Shown here piece by piece: positions 59,795 to 64,000 of a DNA stretch of 64,000 bases. Positions within the stretch are counted from its first letter, which is position 1, and the number at the start of each line of letters is the position of its first letter. Under the pieces are notes generated by a model. The model saw nothing but the letters and a program-made list of their open reading frames with translations, was not told where the DNA came from and made no database searches. Both the position numbers and the translations under genes were made by a program. The stretch spans positions 2,744 through 66,743 of the forward strand of contig SKTU01000009.1 in assembly GCA_007122455.1 (NCBI GenBank). The letters are read 5' to 3'. The DNA comes from Haloarculaceae archaeon (GTDB taxonomy: Archaea > Halobacteriota > Halobacteria > Halobacteriales > Haloarculaceae).

Positions 59795-62700
59795 ATGGCA
59801 ATCGAGGGAACCGGCGGACGCTCCGATCCAGCGTCGGACGACCGCGCGAACTACGACTACGCTGGCGGTGAGGTTGCACGCCCTGGACTCGTTTCGGATC
59901 TCGAGGGAGCGATCGACGGGGAAGTCCGCTTCGACGACTACTCGCGGGCGCTGTACGCGACAGACGCGTCGGCATACGAGATGACGCCCGTCGGTGTCGT
60001 CTTCCCGACCAGCACCGACGACGTCGCCGCGGTTATGGAGTACTGCGCGGAGCGAGAAATTCCGGTGTTACCGCGGGGCGGCGGAACCTCCCTCGCAGGA
60101 CAGTCGGTCAACGAGGCGGTCGTACTCGACTTCAGCCGTCACATGGACGGGCTGCTCGACTACGACGCCGACAGCGCGACGGCGACTGCCGAACCGGGTG
60201 TGTATCTCGGCGATCTCAACGCCGAACTCGCCGAGGCCGGACTGAAGTTCGCTCCGGATCCCGCGTGGGGGGACAAATCCGCCCTCGGGGGCGCAGTCGG
60301 CAACAATTCGACGGGGAGCCATTCGCTCGTCTACGGGAAGACCGACGCCTACGTCGAATCGCTGGAGGTCGTTCTCGCCGACGGTTCCGCCCACCGGTTC
60401 GGTGCGGTAACCGAGTCCGAGTGGCGCGAGCGTGCCGAGCGGGACGACCTCGCCGGCGAGGTTTACGGGGCGCTCTACCGGATCGCGACCGAGGAAGCCG
60501 AGACGATTCGAGAGACGTATCCGGAGCTGAAGCGGAACGTCTCCGGCTACAACCTCGACCGGCTCGTCGACGAGTACGCGGCGCTGCAGGCTGGCGAGCG
60601 GGAGACGGTCAACCTCGCGCGAGTTCTCGCTGGCAGCGAGGGGACGCTCGGGATCATCACGGAGATCACGGTCTCGCTGGAGCCGGTCCCGGAGACGAAA
60701 TCCGTCGGTCTCTTCGCCTACGACAGTCTGAGCGCGGCACTCGAGGACGTGTCGACGATCCTCGAGTTCGGTCCCGCCGCCGTCGAAGTGCTCGACGACG
60801 TCCTCCTCGACCTCGCGCGCGACACCAGCGAGTTCGGCGATCTCGTCCGGGAGACGCTCCCCGACGAAACCGAGAGCGTCCTCCTCGTCGAGTTCTACGC
60901 CGACTCCGACGAGGACGGCAAGCGATCGATCGCGAACCTCTTCGCCGACCGCGTTCCGGAGATCGACACGGAACTCGACCCCGATCCGGATCGCACGACG
61001 ACCGACGACCCGGTCCGGGCGTTTTACGCCGCCGAAGCACACGAACAGGCCGATCGGGACCGGTTCTGGAAGCTCCGGAAATCCGGCCTCCCGATCCTCC
61101 TCGGTCGAACGACCGACGCGAAGCACATCAGTTTCATCGAGGACGCCGCCGTCCCACCCGAACATCTCCCCGGGTTCGTCGCCGACTTCCAGGACGTGCT
61201 CGACGAACAGGGGGCGTTCGCCTCCTTTTACGGCCACGCCGGACCGGGCTGTCTCCACATCCGCCCGCTGGTGAACACCAAGTCGCTGGATGGGATCGAA
61301 CAGATGCGCGCGATCGCGGACGGGGCGACCGATCTCGTCCTCGAATACGAGGGGAGTGTCTCCGGCGAACACGGCGACGGCCGGGCGCGGACTCAGTGGA
61401 ACCGGAAGCTCTACGGCGACGAGGTGTTCGAGCTGTTCGCCGATCTCAAGCGGACCTTCGACCCTGACTGGTTGCTCAACCCCGGACAGGTCTGCGGCGA
61501 CGTCGACATGACCGAGAATCTTCGGTTCGATCCGGAGTACGAGTTCGATACGGGGTTCGATCCGGTACTCGAGTGGGACAACGACAACGGCTTTCAGGGG
61601 ATGGCCGAGCTCTGTCACGGCTGCGGCGGGTGCCGCGGACCCCAACACACCACCGGTGGCGTCATGTGCCCGACGTACAGGGCCGCCGACGAGGAGATTC
61701 AGAGCACGCGAGGTCGGGCGAACGCCCTCCGTGCGGCGATGAGCGGGCGACTCGACGCGGAGGCGACCGATCCGGAGTTCCTCCACGAGGTGATGGACCT
61801 CTGCATCGGCTGTAAGGGCTGTGCGAACGACTGTCCCAGCGAAGTCGACATGGCGAAGCTGAAAGTCGAAGTCGATCACGCCCACCACGAGGAACACGGC
61901 TCGTCGATCCGGGACCGGCTCTTCGCGAACGTCGAGGGACTCTCGAAGTTCGGGAGCCGTCTCGCCCCGATCTCGAACGTGATGCCGAAACTACCGGGGT
62001 CGCGGTTCGTGATGGAGAAGACGCTCGGCATCGCCCGGGAGCGAAAGCTCCCGACGTTCCAGCGCCGCTCCTTCGAGGACTGGGTGGCCGAGCGGGACGC
62101 CGGCGTCGACGAGGCCGACGCCGAGCGGAAGGCGCTGCTGTTACCCGACACGTTTACGAACTACTCCGAACCGGAGGTGGCGAAGGCCGCCGTGGCGGTG
62201 CTGGAGGCCGCCGGCGTCCACGTCGACGTCCCCGACGTCGGTCCGAGCGGTCGGGCCGCCTTTTCGAAGGGGTTCCTCGAGAGATCGGCCGACCGTGCGG
62301 AAGCCGTCGTCGAGGCGCTCGAACCCCGGATCGACGAGGGCTGGGACGTCGTCGTCGTCGAACCCTCCGATGCCGTCATGCTCCAGTCGGATTACCTCGA
62401 TCTGCTCGGCGAGGACGCCGTAACGGTCGCGGAGAACGCCTACGGCGTCTGTGAGTATCTCGATCGGTTCCGACTGGACGAAAACGTTCCCTTCGAGGGG
62501 AACGGCTCGCTCACCTACCACGGCCACTGTCACCAGAAGTCGACGAAGAAGGACCACCACGCTGTGGGGGTGCTGCGTCGTGCGGGGTATGCGGTCGATC
62601 CGCTGGACTCGTCCTGCTGTGGGATGGCGGGCTCGTTCGGCTACGAGGCCGAACACTACTCGATGAGTCAGGCCGTCGGGGAGATGCTCTTCGAGAAGGT

Positions 62701-62821
62701 GGACGCGGCCGACGGCGAGCCGGTCGCCCCCGGTGCGTCGTGTCGGACACAGCTCGAGGATCGCGACGGCGGTGAGCGTCCGGACCACCCGATAGAGCGG
62801 TTGGCAGCGGCGCTTCCCTAA
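59795..62821 (+). CDS. FAD-binding + Fe-S oxidoreductase (GlcD/GlcF-type, D-lactate dehydrogenase-like)
   Basis: PRGGGTSLAGQ, GSEGTLG, SGEHGDG, CxxCxxC clusters and CCG domain; start trimmed to ATG 59795. Confidence 0.92.
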   Translation: MAIEGTGGRSDPASDDRANYDYAGGEVARPGLVSDLEGAIDGEVRFDDYSRALYATDASAYEMTPVGVVFPTSTDDVAAVMEYCAEREIPVLPRGGGTSLAGQSVNEAVVLDFSRHMDGLLDYDADSATATAEPGVYLGDLNAELAEAGLKFAPDPAWGDKSALGGAVGNNSTGSHSLVYGKTDAYVESLEVVLADGSAHRFGAVTESEWRERAERDDLAGEVYGALYRIATEEAETIRETYPELKRNVSGYNLDRLVDEYAALQAGERETVNLARVLAGSEGTLGIITEITVSLEPVPETKSVGLFAYDSLSAALEDVSTILEFGPAAVEVLDDVLLDLARDTSEFGDLVRETLPDETESVLLVEFYADSDEDGKRSIANLFADRVPEIDTELDPDPDRTTTDDPVRAFYAAEAHEQADRDRFWKLRKSGLPILLGRTTDAKHISFIEDAAVPPEHLPGFVADFQDVLDEQGAFASFYGHAGPGCLHIRPLVNTKSLDGIEQMRAIADGATDLVLEYEGSVSGEHGDGRARTQWNRKLYGDEVFELFADLKRTFDPDWLLNPGQVCGDVDMTENLRFDPEYEFDTGFDPVLEWDNDNGFQGMAELCHGCGGCRGPQHTTGGVMCPTYRAADEEIQSTRGRANALRAAMSGRLDAEATDPEFLHEVMDLCIGCKGCANDCPSEVDMAKLKVEVDHAHHEEHGSSIRDRLFANVEGLSKFGSRLAPISNVMPKLPGSRFVMEKTLGIARERKLPTFQRRSFEDWVAERDAGVDEADAERKALLLPDTFTNYSEPEVAKAAVAVLEAAGVHVDVPDVGPSGRAAFSKGFLERSADRAEAVVEALEPRIDEGWDVVVVEPSDAVMLQSDYLDLLGEDAVTVAENAYGVCEYLDRFRLDENVPFEGNGSLTYHGHCHQKSTKKDHHAVGVLRRAGYAVDPLDSSCCGMAGSFGYEAEHYSMSQAVGEMLFEKVDAADGEPVAPGASCRTQLEDRDGGERPDHPIERLAAALP

Positions 62822-63447
62822 TCCTCGCTCTTCGGGAAGTCCTCGTCTTTCACCGACGGCAACTCGAGGAACTCCTTCAGCTCGAGATACTGCCCCGCCG
62901 CGAGACGACCGACCGCGTCGAGTTCGAAGATGTCGAGCTCACCCTCGTCGGTGACTACCGAATCGTCCAGGTGAATGTACTGGATCTCGCCCAGAAAGAG
63001 GATGTGCGAGCCGAGTTCGAGGGCGCGATCGAGCGTGCACTCGAAGGAGACCTTCGCGTCGGCGACGCGCGGCGGGACGACAGTCTCCGACGGAGCGCGC
63101 TCTATCTCGCAGGCGTCGAACTCGCTCACTTCCGACGGGTACGTCGCGCTCGTTCCGTGCATCCGTTCGAGAACCTCCCCCGTGACGACGTTGTGGACGA
63201 ACTCCTCCGTCTCGAGGATGTTTCTCGCGGTGTCCTTGAGAGTTCCGTCGGCGTGCGTTCCGTGAGCGAAGTGGATTATCGGGGGATCCACACAGGCGAC
63301 GTTGAAGAAACTGAACGGAGCGATGTTGTCGTTGCCGTCCGCGTCGATCGTACTGATCCACCCGATCGGGCGCGGAACGACGCCGGAGACGAGAGTTCTG
63401 TACACCTTCCGCGATTCGACGTCCGAGGGTCTGAATTCGACCGGCAT
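62818..63447 (-). CDS. flavin reductase-like (DIM6/NTAB) protein
   Basis: VVPRPIGWIST, NIAPFSFF and KDTARNI motifs. Confidence 0.9.
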   Translation of the reverse strand: MPVEFRPSDVESRKVYRTLVSGVVPRPIGWISTIDADGNDNIAPFSFFNVACVDPPIIHFAHGTHADGTLKDTARNILETEEFVHNVVTGEVLERMHGTSATYPSEVSEFDACEIERAPSETVVPPRVADAKVSFECTLDRALELGSHILFLGEIQYIHLDDSVVTDEGELDIFELDAVGRLAAGQYLELKEFLELPSVKDEDFPKSED

Positions 63448-63487
63448 CGACGTGACGGACGTGCCGAGCGACCATCTACTTTGTTAG

Positions 63488-64000
63488 TTAAACGACCCTA
63501 TTGCGCATCCCCTCGAGCGTTCCGGAGCGGTACTGCTCGTAGTTCTCGGCGAAGATCTCCGCGACTCGCTCGACGTATCGCTGGGAGCCACCGGCCATGT
63601 GTGGCGTCAGAACGACGTTTTCCATCTCCCACAGCGGGGAGTCACGGGGAAGCGGCTCCTCGGCGGCGACGTCGAGGGCGGCGCCACCCAGATAACCGGT
63701 CCGCAGCGACTCGATCAGCGCGTCCTGATCGGCGACCTCCCCCCGGGCGATGTTGATGAAGACCGTCTCCCGATCCATCGAGGAGAACGCCCGCTCGTCG
63801 AACAGTCCACGCGTCGCGTCGGTGAGTGGACACGCTGCGACGACGTACTCCGAACGACCCAGTACGGTGTGAAGCTCTGATGGAGGGTAGATCTCCTCGA
63901 CGGCCTCCGGAACGTCCGAGAGGTCGCGCTTGACCCCGATGACGTCCATCCCGATCGAATCGCAGAACTCCGCGATCCGACCGCCGATCGCGCCAACGCC
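63488..64000 (-). CDS. D-2-hydroxyacid dehydrogenase (5' part outside window)
   Basis: Frame open to the window edge (GVGAIG); CPLT, NIARG, LDV..EP and TPHMAG motifs. Confidence 0.88.
   Translation of the reverse strand, partial: GVGAIGGRIAEFCDSIGMDVIGVKRDLSDVPEAVEEIYPPSELHTVLGRSEYVVAACPLTDATRGLFDERAFSSMDRETVFINIARGEVADQDALIESLRTGYLGGAALDVAAEEPLPRDSPLWEMENVVLTPHMAGGSQRYVERVAEIFAENYEQYRSGTLEGMRNRVV

Overview
GC-rich, gene-dense window from a halophilic archaeon (class Halobacteria). The assignment rests on acidic proteins, fibrillarin/Nop5, archaeal CoaD, GshA, leaderless genes with TATA boxes about 27 nt upstream, and Tat lipoproteins. Most of it is core or near-core chromosome: coaD (partial), gshA, azlCD, flpA-nop5, thiolase with an HMGS-like-DUF35 fusion, znuACB, trx, pgk, cadA, pccB-pccX-pccA, a sirR-like regulator, ychF, a bactofilin-like gene and an FAD/Fe-S dehydrogenase. 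About 14.6 kb of accessory-looking DNA (23207-37836) lies between the inward-facing 3' ends of tRNA-Lys(CTT) and tRNA-Thr(TGT). It contains an unusual catabolic gene set with fhs, a 65-bp IS200/IS605-type mini-element, a candidate structured ncRNA (about 34720-34850), an HhH-PKD-surface-domain protein and a ComEC-like MBL lipoprotein/DUF3006 pair. Other highlights are a ZnuA carrying a recently duplicated histidine-triad (HxxHxH) module, a UbiA prenyltransferase fused to a lycopene-cyclase domain, and an unlisted 47-aa RHH protein. No CRISPR array, rRNA, integrase or transposase gene was seen. All family calls come from motif recognition by eye; no database search or folding program was run.
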